Counted from the first letter of the stretch, positions 31,532 through 42,397 are shown. The stretch: 64,000 nt of DNA from an uncultured Spirochaetales bacterium (GCA_964608985.1 CAZSQU010000001.1:89851-153850), one strand, 5' to 3'. Notes: a model not told the origin generated them from the sequence alone. Numbers and translations: made by a program.

Positions 31532-32287
31532 CTACAATGATTTTTGAACCCTCTCAAATATGTAATCGAAAACCTTATTTTTTGTTTCTTCATTTTTATG
31601 TACAAATATTAGAATAAATGTTTTAGGGTTTTCTTGAAGAAATCCCTTAACAATCATATCACAGGTTAGCAGAACACCTTTGAGTTTAATAACGCATCGT
31701 CTTAAAATTTGATTAGGGGTAAAACAACTCTCATTAAATTCAGCTAAGAGACAATAAACACTGATATCTTTAATTATCCCTTTTACTTCGGTATTTTCAA
31801 GCGGTGTCTGAATATAAGTATTCAAATCATTTTGTAGCGGGGATACCCTAATAAACTTTCTTTTACCGCGGGCTTCAAGGGCATTTAACACTTTTATTAT
31901 TGAATCTATGCTTTTCTTGTAACTTGTAAAAACATTAATAAAACCGGCAGTTATACCTACATCCATCAGATATTTATTCATTAGCTCATCGTTAAGATTG
32001 GTATTATAAACACATATACCGATATTTATATTACTCAATGACTCATCTGCAATAAGACCTCTAATATAATGTTCCCATTTCTGTTCATCCATAATCTCAT
32101 AAATATTGATATATACTATACTCCCCGGATATTTTTGAAGTAATGGATGAAGTTTCTCATGATCGTCTATCTGATGCGTTTCAAAACCGTTCTTTATCAA
32201 ATCTTTTGATATATCTTTTACTACCCCTACCGGATATAGAAAAAAAACTTTCTTTGAAAAACCTACGGGATTTTCTGAATCAGACAT
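31532..32287 (-). CDS. PilZ-like domain protein with an N-terminal receiver-like domain (putative c-di-GMP effector)
   Basis: 'RKFIR' (RxxxR) followed 22 aa later by 'DISVYC' (DxSxxG-like, with the Gly replaced). Confidence 0.3.
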   Translation of the reverse strand: MSDSENPVGFSKKVFFLYPVGVVKDISKDLIKNGFETHQIDDHEKLHPLLQKYPGSIVYINIYEIMDEQKWEHYIRGLIADESLSNINIGICVYNTNLNDELMNKYLMDVGITAGFINVFTSYKKSIDSIIKVLNALEARGKRKFIRVSPLQNDLNTYIQTPLENTEVKGIIKDISVYCLLAEFNESCFTPNQILRRCVIKLKGVLLTCDMIVKGFLQENPKTFILIFVHKNEETKNKVFDYIFERVQKSL

Positions 32288-32306
32288 ATTTTATCTATAT
32301 TTTATA

Positions 32307-32642
32307 TTACCTTAAAAGAATATCATTAGAAGCATCACTGCTGAAGTCAACAATTGTTCGATAATCTGCAATCTCAGTGTTCTCAATATCTTGATTTGTA
32401 ATAATTGCACTTCCCTCTGTTTTTGAAATATAAACAGCTGTACCAAGTATTAACAAAACAAATAATGTAAACGCAATCGCAGTAAATTTCTGTAAAAAAG
32501 AGCCGGAACTCGCACCAAAAAACGACTGCGATGAACCGCCGATAATACCCATACCACCGCCTGATTTGTCATCCTGTAATAAAACAGCGGCAATAATTAG
32601 GAAACTTAATACAGAAATCAAAACAATTAATAATATTAACAT
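32307..32642 (-). CDS. secG: Preprotein translocase subunit SecG
   Basis: Two transmembrane helices flanking the Gly-rich 'LLQDDKSGGGMGIIGGSSQSFFGASSG'. Directly downstream of tpiA. Confidence 0.8.
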   Translation of the reverse strand: MLILLIVLISVLSFLIIAAVLLQDDKSGGGMGIIGGSSQSFFGASSGSFLQKFTAIAFTLFVLLILGTAVYISKTEGSAIITNQDIENTEIADYRTIVDFSSDASNDILLR

Positions 32643-32668
32643 AAATCCACCTTTTTTAATTCTATTAT

Positions 32669-33424
32669 TTATTTAAATCTTACTATTCTCTCAAAAGATT
32701 CAAGTTGTAAAGACGCGCCGCCGACTAACGCACCATTAATATCAGGCATAGCCATAAGTTCATCAACATTGTTATCCTTTACTGATCCGCCATATTGAAT
32801 AATCAGGTTATCTGAAACAGATTTACCGTAAAGACTTTCAACTTTTTTTCTAATAAAAGAATGTACCTGTTGTGCAATCTCAGGAGTTGCCGTTTTTCCT
32901 GTACCGATTGCCCAAACCGGTTCATATGCAATAACGAGTTTAGCCATATTCTCAGGTGTTACATCTTTTAAACCGTTTGTTATCTGTGTATCAATAACTA
33001 ATTCTACTTTGTTTGCTTCCCTTTCTGAAATAGTTTCGCCAACACATAGAATAGGAAACAAATCATTTTTTAGAGAAAATAATATTTTTTTGTTAATCAA
33101 ACTATCATCTTCACCGTAGATATGTCTTCTTTCGGAGTGTCCGATTATTACATAACTAACCCCGCAATTTTTTAACATATCCGCAGATATTTCCCCGGTA
33201 TATGCACCTGAAGAGTTATCATTAATATTTTGAGCTCCGAGAATAATCTCTGACCCTTTTATTAAATTACTTATAGTATATAAGGAAGTAAAGGGTGGTG
33301 CAATCATAACTGTTCTGTTTTTCTCTATTTTTTTTAAAGCAGAAATAAGTTTTCGAGTAAACTCAATAGACTGATCAACCGTTAAATTCATCTTCCAGTT
33401 ACCCGCTATCAAATATTTTTTCAT
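32669..33424 (-). CDS. tpiA: Triosephosphate isomerase
   Basis: 'AYEPVWAIGTGKTAT', catalytic 'IGHSERR' and 'NWKMN'. Confidence 0.95.
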   Translation of the reverse strand: MKKYLIAGNWKMNLTVDQSIEFTRKLISALKKIEKNRTVMIAPPFTSLYTISNLIKGSEIILGAQNINDNSSGAYTGEISADMLKNCGVSYVIIGHSERRHIYGEDDSLINKKILFSLKNDLFPILCVGETISEREANKVELVIDTQITNGLKDVTPENMAKLVIAYEPVWAIGTGKTATPEIAQQVHSFIRKKVESLYGKSVSDNLIIQYGGSVKDNNVDELMAMPDINGALVGGASLQLESFERIVRFK

Positions 33425-33511
33425 ATATTAACCCTTTGATTATTAATTATCATCAATATATATCAATAATATTAAAAAAAATCAACACTTTTATATCTTG
33501 TTTTTTAATAA

Positions 33512-33545
33512 TAAAAAAGACACTAATCAATAGTGTCTTTTTTTA
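33512..33545. terminator. Bidirectional intrinsic terminator upstream of tpiA and downstream of the 33567 gene
   Basis: Stem AGACACTA (33518-33525) and TAGTGTCT (33531-33538). Flanked by A6 and T7. Confidence 0.6.
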
Positions 33546-33566
33546 ATAATGATTTTTTAAATCAAA

Positions 33567-34061
33567 TTATTTTCTTTTTACCATAACAGCAAAAGTACCA
33601 TAATAAGCTGCTTCATTTTTATATAAAGCAACATATACTATTGACCTTGCGTTTTCAGGTTTGAATTCAGCAACAGGACCTGATCTTTCAGGAGTAACAC
33701 CACCCCAAGTATTACTTGCAGTGTCTCTTTCTCTCTCTCTGTACGCTCTTCTGTCTCTGTAGCAAGATGCAAAATCTGTTCCGTTTCTTAGTTGAAACCA
33801 AAGAGCTCTACCGGCAGTTGCAACATTTGCAGTCATTTCGGCAGCTTGAAATCTCGAATTGTAAGAATCTACCATAAAAGCCTGATAAGTTACCGTAGTA
33901 TCAAGAGTATAGACAAAATCGATATCCGGTGTAGTTGCATTTAATTCAAAAACATACACTTCTCCCAGATTAGCCTCAATTACTCTTCTCTCTTGAGCAT
34001 TAGACATTGTAAGACCAAAAACTATCATGATTCCTACAATCAATAATTTAGAAAACTTCAT
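33567..34061 (-). CDS. Secreted hypothetical protein
   Basis: Signal peptide 'MKFSKLLIVGIMIVFGLTMSNAQE'. GC content slightly above that of the neighbouring genes. Confidence 0.45.
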   Translation of the reverse strand: MKFSKLLIVGIMIVFGLTMSNAQERRVIEANLGEVYVFELNATTPDIDFVYTLDTTVTYQAFMVDSYNSRFQAAEMTANVATAGRALWFQLRNGTDFASCYRDRRAYRERERDTASNTWGGVTPERSGPVAEFKPENARSIVYVALYKNEAAYYGTFAVMVKRK

Positions 34062-34159
34062 AAAAAACTCCTTTCATTTTTATCTTGATTTCATTATGCC
34101 ATATAAAATAATAATCAGAGACATTATTACATTATTTTTACACGCAAACCTCAATAATT

Positions 34160-34588
34160 TCATAACGAGTATATCTCTTTATCACTTAAAACTATTATGC
34201 TGTTTTTGATTAACACTTCTTCCAAACCGCTATTATTGTCGCCTTCAAGAATTATTGCCGCTCCTTTATTATATGCGATAGAAACACCATAACAGTCATC
34301 AATATTTATTTCATTTGAAGATAGAATTGTAAGTAAGTCATGAAGAGCACCCGGCCTGTCATCAATTCTTACGGCAACTATCTTTCTTAAAGATACAGTT
34401 ACATTGTTATTTAACAACATCTTAACGGCTTCCTCGGGATTATCAACCACTATTTTAACTATACCGAATTCTCCGGCATTTGCCATAGAAATTCCTCTTA
34501 CATTAAATCTGTTTTTTGCCAGTAGATTTGTGATTTTTTCCAGCTTACCCGGTTTGTTTTCAATAAAAATTGATAGTTGAAATGCCAT
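34160..34588 (-). CDS. ACT-domain protein (tandem ACT), the partner usually found with PaaK-like ligases
   Basis: Two beta-alpha-beta-beta-alpha-beta-like halves ('GKLEKITNLLAKNRFNVRGISM', 'GALHDLLTILSSNEINIDDC'). Abuts the ligase gene. Confidence 0.6.
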   Translation of the reverse strand: MAFQLSIFIENKPGKLEKITNLLAKNRFNVRGISMANAGEFGIVKIVVDNPEEAVKMLLNNNVTVSLRKIVAVRIDDRPGALHDLLTILSSNEINIDDCYGVSIAYNKGAAIILEGDNNSGLEEVLIKNSIIVLSDKEIYSL

Positions 34589-35886
34589 TATTCCCCCTTA
34601 TTTCTATGATCAATAACCCTCTGAGCTTTACCTTCAGTTGAAGGCAGTGTACCGGACTCATGTATTTTTACTATCGGCGTAACAAGAAGTTCGGTTTTTA
34701 GTTTATCGATCAATTTTTTTTGTAATTGTTCAACCTCATATAATGTACCTCCGAAATGTTTACTATTAATCTCTACATTAACAATAATTTTATCCATGTG
34801 GTTCTCTTTAATAACCTCAATCAAATAATTAGTTCCAATCGAAAGCTCACTCATCAAAGACTTCTCAATCTGAATAGGGAAAAGATTTACCCCATTAATT
34901 ATCAACATATCGTCACTTCTGCCCTTGATCCGTTCTATTCTTCTATGCTCTCTGCCACACTTGCACTTACCGGGTATAATTCTCGTCAAATCACGGGTTC
35001 TATATCTGAATATCGGCATTGCCTCTTTCCTAAGTGTTGTTAAAACAAGCTCACCTTCTTCTCCATCATCAAGAACCCTCTCTGTAACAGGATCGATGAT
35101 CTCAGGATAGAAATAATCTTCCCAAATATGCATTCCATTCTGATGTTCACACTCAAAAGCAACCCCGGGGCCACACATTTCTGATAAGCCGTAGGAGTTG
35201 TATGCTTTGATGCCATAGATTTCTTCAATTTTTTTCCGTATTTCAGCACTATGCGGCTCAGCACCAATATATGCCATTCTCAGGTTTAAATCTTTCTTTA
35301 TGTCAACACCGGCTTCCTTAATGTGATCAGATAATCTTAAAGCATAACTTGGCAGGATATGTATGATTGTCGTTTTAAACTGTTGCATAAACCATATCTG
35401 CCTCTGTGAATTGCCCGGTCCGGAAGGTATTGTCAGCATTCCGACTGATTCAGCACCATAATGAAATCCGATTCCACCCGTAAAAAGTCCATAACCCATC
35501 ATATTCTGAAAAACATCAGATTTTCTTCCGCCAACCATATACATATTTCTTGCTACCAGATCTGACCATAAATTAAGGTCATTACGATTGAGATAGACAA
35601 CTGTCGGAACACCGGTAGTACCCGATGAAGAATGGAGTCTAACCACATCATCGAGATCTACTGCCAACATACCGTATGGGAACCCCCCTCTTAAATCATC
35701 TTTTGTTGTAAATGGAATATTTTTGATATCATCGATACTGTTAAAACCTTTAAAGTTTATTTTATTAAAAAGCGATTTGTAATAAGGAGTCTTCAGAGAA
35801 TATTCGAGTGTTTTATTCAATCTTTCTAATTGATATATTTCGATCTGTTTTTTATCCATCATTTCGTGCTTAATATCCCAATACAT
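34588..35886 (-). CDS. Phenylacetate-CoA ligase family (PaaK-like) adenylate-forming enzyme
   Basis: 'SSGTTGVPTVVY' AMP-binding motif. The start is taken at the ATG at 35886 (MYWDIKHE), which has a GGAG ribosome-binding site 8 nt upstream. The track ORF extends to a TTG at 35982. Confidence 0.75.
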   Translation of the reverse strand: MYWDIKHEMMDKKQIEIYQLERLNKTLEYSLKTPYYKSLFNKINFKGFNSIDDIKNIPFTTKDDLRGGFPYGMLAVDLDDVVRLHSSSGTTGVPTVVYLNRNDLNLWSDLVARNMYMVGGRKSDVFQNMMGYGLFTGGIGFHYGAESVGMLTIPSGPGNSQRQIWFMQQFKTTIIHILPSYALRLSDHIKEAGVDIKKDLNLRMAYIGAEPHSAEIRKKIEEIYGIKAYNSYGLSEMCGPGVAFECEHQNGMHIWEDYFYPEIIDPVTERVLDDGEEGELVLTTLRKEAMPIFRYRTRDLTRIIPGKCKCGREHRRIERIKGRSDDMLIINGVNLFPIQIEKSLMSELSIGTNYLIEVIKENHMDKIIVNVEINSKHFGGTLYEVEQLQKKLIDKLKTELLVTPIVKIHESGTLPSTEGKAQRVIDHRNKGE

Positions 35887-36043
35887 TGAATAAACTCCGT
35901 AATTTTTAAATGTCAGTAAGATTAACAAAAAAAACAGTTTTAATAAAGAGTTTTTAGATGAAAAATGTTTACAAAAAAACAATTTTTGAATAGTATGTGG
36001 AATTATTAAAATTCTAAAAAATAATTACGGAGAGATATACTAT

Positions 36044-37294
36044 ATGAAAATACTTGTTATAGGTAACGGGGGCAGGGAAAGCGCTATTATTAAAAAGATT
36101 GCAGAAAGTAAGCAGTTAACAAAACTCTATTGTGCGCCGGGTAATCCTGGGATTGAATTGTCAGCCGAGTGTCTGAAAATTGATATAAATAGTAATAAAG
36201 AAATTATTGATTTTTCGAAAAATAATAAAATCGATCTTATTGTTTGCGGACCGGAAATTCCTCTGGTTAACGGGCTCGGTGATGAAGCAAGACAAAACGA
36301 TATTTTATTTTTCGGGCCGCTAAAGAGATCGGCTATGCTTGAAGGCAGTAAATATTTTGCCAAATCTTTTATGGAAAAATATAACATTCCCACTGCCGAA
36401 TTCAGGTATTTTACCGATTACAATGCCGCAGTTGATTATATTAACAATATTGTTACATTCCCTGTTGTTATCAAAGCAGACGGACTTGCCGCAGGAAAAG
36501 GAGTAAAAATCCCCACAAATAAAAATGACGCACTTCTGGTATTAAAGGAATTTATGGTTGATAGAATTCACGGAACATCAGGAGAATCTGTTGTAATTGA
36601 AGAGTGTATGACAGGCGAAGAGATGAGTGCTCTTTTTATCACAGACGGCGAGAATTTTATTGAGCTGATTGCCGCAAAAGATTATAAAAGAGCGTATGAC
36701 AATAATAAAGGGGAGAATACAGGCGGAATGGGTGCTTATGCTCCCCACACCTCTGTTACAGATCAGTTAAAAAAACAAATTCGTTCAGAGATAATTGACA
36801 GAGTCAGACAAGGGTTTTCTAAGGAAGGATATGATTACCGCGGTGTCCTTTATGTTGGGCTTATGCTTACACAAGATGGCCCAAAAGTTGTTGAATTCAA
36901 CTGTAGATTCGGAGATCCGGAAACCCAGGTTATTCTTCCGTTGATAGATAGTGATTTTATTGAACTTTTAACAAAGACTGCAGAAGGGTATCTTAATGGA
37001 TATGAAATTAAATGGAAAAAAGATTTCTCTGCTTGTGTTGTTATCGCTTCCGGAGGATATCCGGCGAAGTATAAATCGGGGATTAAAGTTGATTTTAAAA
37101 TACCTGTTGATTCAATTCTACACGCCGGAACAAAGAAAGATCCGTTGACAGGCAGTATTCTAACTAACGGTGGACGGGTTTTTAATGCTGTCGCTGTCGG
37201 CAAAACTAAGCAAGAAGCTTTAAAATCTGCTTATAAAATTGCAGAAGCAGTATCGTTTGAAGGATCATTTTATAGAAAAGACATCGGTTCGTGA
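36044..37294 (+). CDS. purD: Phosphoribosylamine-glycine ligase
   Basis: 'MKILVIGNGGRE', ATP-grasp core and 'GGRVFNAVAVG'. 416 aa. Confidence 0.9.
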   Translation: MKILVIGNGGRESAIIKKIAESKQLTKLYCAPGNPGIELSAECLKIDINSNKEIIDFSKNNKIDLIVCGPEIPLVNGLGDEARQNDILFFGPLKRSAMLEGSKYFAKSFMEKYNIPTAEFRYFTDYNAAVDYINNIVTFPVVIKADGLAAGKGVKIPTNKNDALLVLKEFMVDRIHGTSGESVVIEECMTGEEMSALFITDGENFIELIAAKDYKRAYDNNKGENTGGMGAYAPHTSVTDQLKKQIRSEIIDRVRQGFSKEGYDYRGVLYVGLMLTQDGPKVVEFNCRFGDPETQVILPLIDSDFIELLTKTAEGYLNGYEIKWKKDFSACVVIASGGYPAKYKSGIKVDFKIPVDSILHAGTKKDPLTGSILTNGGRVFNAVAVGKTKQEALKSAYKIAEAVSFEGSFYRKDIGS

Positions 37295-37303
37295 GATAAA
37301 CAA

Positions 37304-37969
37304 ATGAACGATTATGCAATTTTTATAGATCAAACCTTATTGAATCCCCATCTGAGTGATAAAGAAACAGTAGATTTTATTGATAGATCATCGAAGTATA
37401 ATTTTGCTTCGATTTGTGTGTATCCGGATAATATCAGTCTTGTAAAACAAATCGCTCCTTTAATGAAAACTACAACTGTGATAGGATTTCCGAGCGGAAT
37501 TGTTTCAAATAAAGTAAAAATATATGAATCACAGTATGTTTATGATCTGGGGGTAGATGAATACGATATGGTTATCAATCTCAATGCTTTCAGATCGGGT
37601 AAATACAGTTTTATTATCAATGAGATCAATTCAATAAAACAAATTATCGGTAATCGTGTTCTAAAGGTGATTGTTGAAGCCGGAGTTTTATCAGACAAAG
37701 AAAAAAAAGAGATTTGCAGGATTGTGGCAGACTCTGATGCCGATTTCATAAAAACTTCTACGGGTTTTTTCGGACATGGAGCAGAAGTAAAGGATATTGA
37801 ATTGTTTTATGATATTCTCAAAGGTAGAAAGAGAATAAAAGCATCAGGCGGAATTAAAACATTAGAAAAAATGAAGTTATTGATAAACGCAGGCGCAGAT
37901 AGAATCGGTACTTCTTCAGGAATAGAAATAATCAATGAAGTGGAGGGTGATATTGGAAACTCTTATTGA
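37304..37969 (+). CDS. deoC: Deoxyribose-phosphate aldolase
   Basis: 'ICVYP', 'DADFIKTSTGF' (Schiff-base Lys) and 'IKASGGI'. Confidence 0.85.
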   Translation: MNDYAIFIDQTLLNPHLSDKETVDFIDRSSKYNFASICVYPDNISLVKQIAPLMKTTTVIGFPSGIVSNKVKIYESQYVYDLGVDEYDMVINLNAFRSGKYSFIINEINSIKQIIGNRVLKVIVEAGVLSDKEKKEICRIVADSDADFIKTSTGFFGHGAEVKDIELFYDILKGRKRIKASGGIKTLEKMKLLINAGADRIGTSSGIEIINEVEGDIGNSY

Positions 37970-39470
37970 AACAGGAACCCCGGAAGAGCAGCTTATTGAT
38001 GTTTTTAATCAACATGGTGAGGTGTCATTTAAAGTCTTCGAATTAGACAACAATGAGATAGCTTATATAGAAGAAGCTTTGTTAATTTGTTTAAGAGAGA
38101 TCGAAAAGGAATATCTCCACAAATATATAAGTTATAATCTGAAAGAGATTGTTATAAACGCTAAAAAAGCGAATATAAAGCGCGTTTTTTTTAGAATGAA
38201 CGGACTTGACATCAACAATAATGCACAATATAACAAAGGTATGAAGGGCTTTAAAGAGAAAATAATGCCGCATTTGGAAGACTATACAAATACACTTGTA
38301 AAAGAAAACCTTTGGATAGTAGTCAGATATAAAGTAGTTAGAGATCATCTTTTCCTCGAGGTTCTAAATAACACCCCGATACTGAAAGATGAGCTGTTTA
38401 ATGCCAGAAATAAGATTAAACAAGCTATGATCTTTAACTCATTAGATGAGGCATTTTCTGTGGTTGATGACAATCTTGAAGGCGCCGGTCTCGGCATGAT
38501 AATTCTAATTTTATCGTTAAAAAAAATGGGTTTATCAGAAAAAAACTTTTATATCGGATTAACAGATAACAATGAAACCTATGTCCGTCTTAAGATTCCA
38601 TTATCTCTTGTAACAGAAGAACATGGAGATATAATTAATGAGCTGATACTGAAGGAAATCGATACAATACCGCAATTTCCCGATAAAATAATCAAACTTC
38701 AAAAAATGATCAAAGATAATGATGCAGATTTGCGTAAAATCTCATTTGTTATTTCAAGTGATCCCGGATTATCTGCCGATTTACTGAAATTCTCCAATTC
38801 ATCTTTTTATATGTTTCCTAAAAAGATCACAACAATTATGGAAGCAATAAAGATACTTGGTACCCGCGGGTTAAACAATATTCTATATACTTATGGGATA
38901 ACAAAGGTTCTTGAGAAAAAATTTAGGGTTTCCGAAATGAAACAATTATGGGAACATTCATTCAAAGTCGGTTACTACTCATTAATTCTTGCAAGGAAAT
39001 ACCTCGACCAGTCTCTTATAGAAGACACATATAACGGAGGAATTCTTCACGATTTAGGTAAAATATTAATACTTGGTATTAATCCTGATTTTGAAAAAAA
39101 AATAAATGAAATATGTCATTTAAAAGATATACCGGTAAAAGTAATCGAAGATCTTATGAAAGGCTATAATCACTCAGTAATCGGAGCTATGATGGGCAGA
39201 AAGTGGAATTTTCCTGATACACTGGTAGATGTTATCCAGTTTCACCATGATCCTCAACGGGCATCGGGGACTATTCAACCGGTTGTTAACTGTATATACC
39301 TTGCCAATACAATCGCGCAAGATACTTATATTAATAATCTTGAAAAATTTACTTCGATTGATTATTCGGTTCTCGACTTTTTTAAGATAAAGGATTTTTC
39401 TGAATTTAATTTTATTTCAGAGAAACTTGAATTAATGTATAACAAAGAAGTTAAAAAGGCTGAAAAATGA
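37935..39470 (+). CDS. Signal-transduction protein with a GHKL-ATPase-like N-terminal region and a C-terminal HDOD domain
   Basis: HDOD pattern 'ISFVISSDPGLSADLLKFSNSSFY...IMEAIKILGTRGLNNI'. An upstream 'LEGAGLGMIIL' G2-box-like segment. Confidence 0.55.
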   Translation: MKWRVILETLIETGTPEEQLIDVFNQHGEVSFKVFELDNNEIAYIEEALLICLREIEKEYLHKYISYNLKEIVINAKKANIKRVFFRMNGLDINNNAQYNKGMKGFKEKIMPHLEDYTNTLVKENLWIVVRYKVVRDHLFLEVLNNTPILKDELFNARNKIKQAMIFNSLDEAFSVVDDNLEGAGLGMIILILSLKKMGLSEKNFYIGLTDNNETYVRLKIPLSLVTEEHGDIINELILKEIDTIPQFPDKIIKLQKMIKDNDADLRKISFVISSDPGLSADLLKFSNSSFYMFPKKITTIMEAIKILGTRGLNNILYTYGITKVLEKKFRVSEMKQLWEHSFKVGYYSLILARKYLDQSLIEDTYNGGILHDLGKILILGINPDFEKKINEICHLKDIPVKVIEDLMKGYNHSVIGAMMGRKWNFPDTLVDVIQFHHDPQRASGTIQPVVNCIYLANTIAQDTYINNLEKFTSIDYSVLDFFKIKDFSEFNFISEKLELMYNKEVKKAEK

Positions 39471-40294
39471 GATGTCCATTCTGCGGTTATAATCTAAATG
39501 AAAAACTCATCTATCTTGTTAAATCTCAGATTTCAGATAAAGCCGTTAGATATGGAGTTTGTTCGAAATGCAGGTCCTTATTGCAACTTGATAAACCGGA
39601 TTTTGATGAAATTACTGCCTATTACGAAAACTATTTAAGTATTAAAGAGAAGATGAATCCCGGTTATTTAAATCAAAAAGATACGGCACCCTTTTTTAAA
39701 GAACGGGATAAAACCCTCTCAGAAATAAATTTTGACATGAACAGAATTATAGATGGTCGATCAGTTGAAGTCGGTTGTGCCAACGGAGATTTCTTGAATT
39801 ACCTTTATTATAAAGGCGGCAGGAATATTACCGGTATAGATGTTTCACATTCATTAACCAAGTCAATTGATAATAATAAATTTAGGGTTATTTGCGGAGA
39901 TCTTTCTCAGATTGAATCAAATTCTATTGATAATCTGTTTGCTTTTAACCTTATTGAACATCTGTCGGATCCCGATATTTTTGTTGAGCATGTTTCAAGA
40001 GTTCTCGTTAAAAAAGGCGTTTTTGTTATTGAAATACCATTGTCCGGGATTATTTCAAGTTTTTTTGGAAGTAAATGGAGATTTCTTATGCCGGATGAAC
40101 ATCTTTCTATACCCTCGGTTAAAGCAATTACTTATTTGTTAAAAACAAAAGGTTTTGAAAAAAAAGGATCAACAAGATTCGGAAGCGGTTTTACAACCGG
40201 CATGATCAATAATAGTCTAAAAAGGATATTTGATAAGTATGCAAAACTATTTAAATTTGGTGATAGGGGGGCCTATTTATTTATAAAAAAATAA
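39467..40294 (+). CDS. Class I SAM-dependent methyltransferase with an N-terminal zinc ribbon
   Basis: 'CPFCGY...CSKC' and motif I 'VEVGCANGDFL'. 4-nt overlap with the previous gene. Confidence 0.6.
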   Translation: MRCPFCGYNLNEKLIYLVKSQISDKAVRYGVCSKCRSLLQLDKPDFDEITAYYENYLSIKEKMNPGYLNQKDTAPFFKERDKTLSEINFDMNRIIDGRSVEVGCANGDFLNYLYYKGGRNITGIDVSHSLTKSIDNNKFRVICGDLSQIESNSIDNLFAFNLIEHLSDPDIFVEHVSRVLVKKGVFVIEIPLSGIISSFFGSKWRFLMPDEHLSIPSVKAITYLLKTKGFEKKGSTRFGSGFTTGMINNSLKRIFDKYAKLFKFGDRGAYLFIKK

Positions 40295-40309
40295 ATAAAT
40301 AAGTAAACA

Positions 40310-42361
40310 ATGGAAGATACTAATTTAATAATCGAAGAAATTGAAAAACTCATATCTGAGATAAATAGAGCCGATGAAGCTTATTATAAGCGATCTGCTC
40401 CGATAATAAGTGATGATCAATATGATAAACTCCTTATCAGATTAGAGGAGTTAGAAAAAACATTTCCGTTACTTAAAAGAGCTGACTCACCGACTTTAAG
40501 AGTCGGTTCTGATATTAGTAATCAACTGCCTGAAGTTGAACATCTAATACCGGTTCTCTCTTTAGAAAAAGCCTACAATCTGTCAGAGTTAAATAACTGG
40601 ATAAACAGATCAACAAAAAAAATCGTTAACAATCTTGATATAATTGTTGAACCCAAAATCGACGGTGCAGGGGTAGTTCTTTATTATGAGTCAGGTCAAT
40701 TGGTAAGGGCTTTGACAAGGGGAGACGGGCATCAAGGAAATGATATTACGGAAAATATTAAAACAATCAGGAATGTTCCGTTAAATATTGAATATAAAGG
40801 AAATCTCGCTGTAAGGGGGGAAGTTTATATAGAAAATGCAAAGTTTAATGATTACAATGAAGAATACTGCGGAGAAAGGTATGCAAATCCCAGAAATCTT
40901 GCAAGCGGAACAATAAGAAGACTGAAATCATCTGAAGCGGCATCTGTTCCGCTTGATATTTTTGTTTATGAAGGTTTCTTCATTGATGATAAAGACTATA
41001 CCGCAACACATTTTGAGAATCTCTGTTTTCTAAAACAAAACGGTTTTAGAATCACTGATAAAATCGGAATATTTACAGATAATCAAGATAAATACTCCGG
41101 TTCTGTTATAAGTAGTTCAATTATTGTGTCAGGTAAAAATTTAATAGCTAATTATATTGAACTTTTTAGAACAGAAAGAACCAATCTTAAATATGACATT
41201 GATGGTCTTGTATTAAAAATTGACTCTGTTTTACAAAGAGAAGAATTAGGATATACCAGACACCACCCCCGGTGGGCTATTGCATATAAATTCGGGTCAA
41301 TATCAGCAGAGACAAACCTTTTAGACATTGAGATACAAATAGGCAGGGGCGGCAGGATTACACCTGTGGCCATACTGGAACCTGTTGAACTCATGGGCTC
41401 GGTAATAAGCAGAGCAACCCTACACAATCAGGAGTATATTAAAAATCTTAATATAAATATTGGAGATAGAGTTCTGATCTCAAAAAGAGGAGATGTTATA
41501 CCTGCAGTTGAATCTGTAATAAAAAAAACCTCATCTGATGCCGGATATTTTCATATGCCGGATCAATGTCCCTCTTGCTGTTCAAAACTACTCGAAGACG
41601 GAGCCCATCTTTTTTGCGTAAATACGAATTGTGACAAGAAACTACTTGGTACATTACAGTTTTTTGTCGGAAGAAAACAGATGGATATAGAAACACTCGG
41701 AGATAAAACCTTGGAATTTCTTTTTGAAAAGGGTTTTGTTAGAAAAATTCCGGATATATATAATTTTGATTACAAGAAGCTTATTGATTTTGAGGGATTT
41801 AAGGACAAGAAGATTCAAAATATTATCAGATCGGTTAATAATTCAAAACAAAAAGATTTTAAAATAACTTTAGCTTCATTAGGATTAAAGGATATCGGTT
41901 TTAAGGTTTCAGATTTACTTGTAAAATATTTTAAAACTATTGATAACATAATAAAAGAATCAAATAAAAGAAATCCGGCTATATTTTATTCGATAGATGG
42001 TATAGGAGAAACATTAGCTGATGTAATAATTAATACATTTACAGATCAGAATGTTGTTCAAACAATAAATTCATTAAAAATAATCGGACTTAATTTTGCT
42101 GATTCAAATACAGAAACAGAAATTGACGGCATATTCAAAGATACAAAGTGGGTTATAACCGGAAGTTTTGTAAACTACAAACCGCGTGATCTTGCCGCAA
42201 TCGAAATACAAAAAAGGGGCGGCTCAATACTTTCTACCGTTTCAACAAAAACAGATTTTTTACTTTGCGGTTCTGATGCGGGGTCAAAACTTGATAAAGC
42301 TAAAGAACTGGGCATAAAGATTGTATATGAAAATGATTTTATTCATATGATCAATCAATGA
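40310..42361 (+). CDS. ligA: NAD-dependent DNA ligase
   Basis: 'KIDGAGV' adenylation Lys, 'TRGDG', a Cys4 zinc site ('CPSCCS...C..NC'), HhH motifs and a C-terminal BRCT domain. 683 aa. Confidence 0.95.
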   Translation: MEDTNLIIEEIEKLISEINRADEAYYKRSAPIISDDQYDKLLIRLEELEKTFPLLKRADSPTLRVGSDISNQLPEVEHLIPVLSLEKAYNLSELNNWINRSTKKIVNNLDIIVEPKIDGAGVVLYYESGQLVRALTRGDGHQGNDITENIKTIRNVPLNIEYKGNLAVRGEVYIENAKFNDYNEEYCGERYANPRNLASGTIRRLKSSEAASVPLDIFVYEGFFIDDKDYTATHFENLCFLKQNGFRITDKIGIFTDNQDKYSGSVISSSIIVSGKNLIANYIELFRTERTNLKYDIDGLVLKIDSVLQREELGYTRHHPRWAIAYKFGSISAETNLLDIEIQIGRGGRITPVAILEPVELMGSVISRATLHNQEYIKNLNINIGDRVLISKRGDVIPAVESVIKKTSSDAGYFHMPDQCPSCCSKLLEDGAHLFCVNTNCDKKLLGTLQFFVGRKQMDIETLGDKTLEFLFEKGFVRKIPDIYNFDYKKLIDFEGFKDKKIQNIIRSVNNSKQKDFKITLASLGLKDIGFKVSDLLVKYFKTIDNIIKESNKRNPAIFYSIDGIGETLADVIINTFTDQNVVQTINSLKIIGLNFADSNTETEIDGIFKDTKWVITGSFVNYKPRDLAAIEIQKRGGSILSTVSTKTDFLLCGSDAGSKLDKAKELGIKIVYENDFIHMINQ

Positions 42362-42397
42362 GTAATAGGACACATAGCCTGTTAAGAAAATGTATTT

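Noticed and set aside
35887-35982. 32-codon N-terminal extension of the PaaK-like ORF back to 35982
   Set aside because: It would start at TTG and encode a hydrophobic peptide not found in PaaK enzymes. The ATG at 35886 has a GGAG ribosome-binding site and corresponds to the family's N-terminus.
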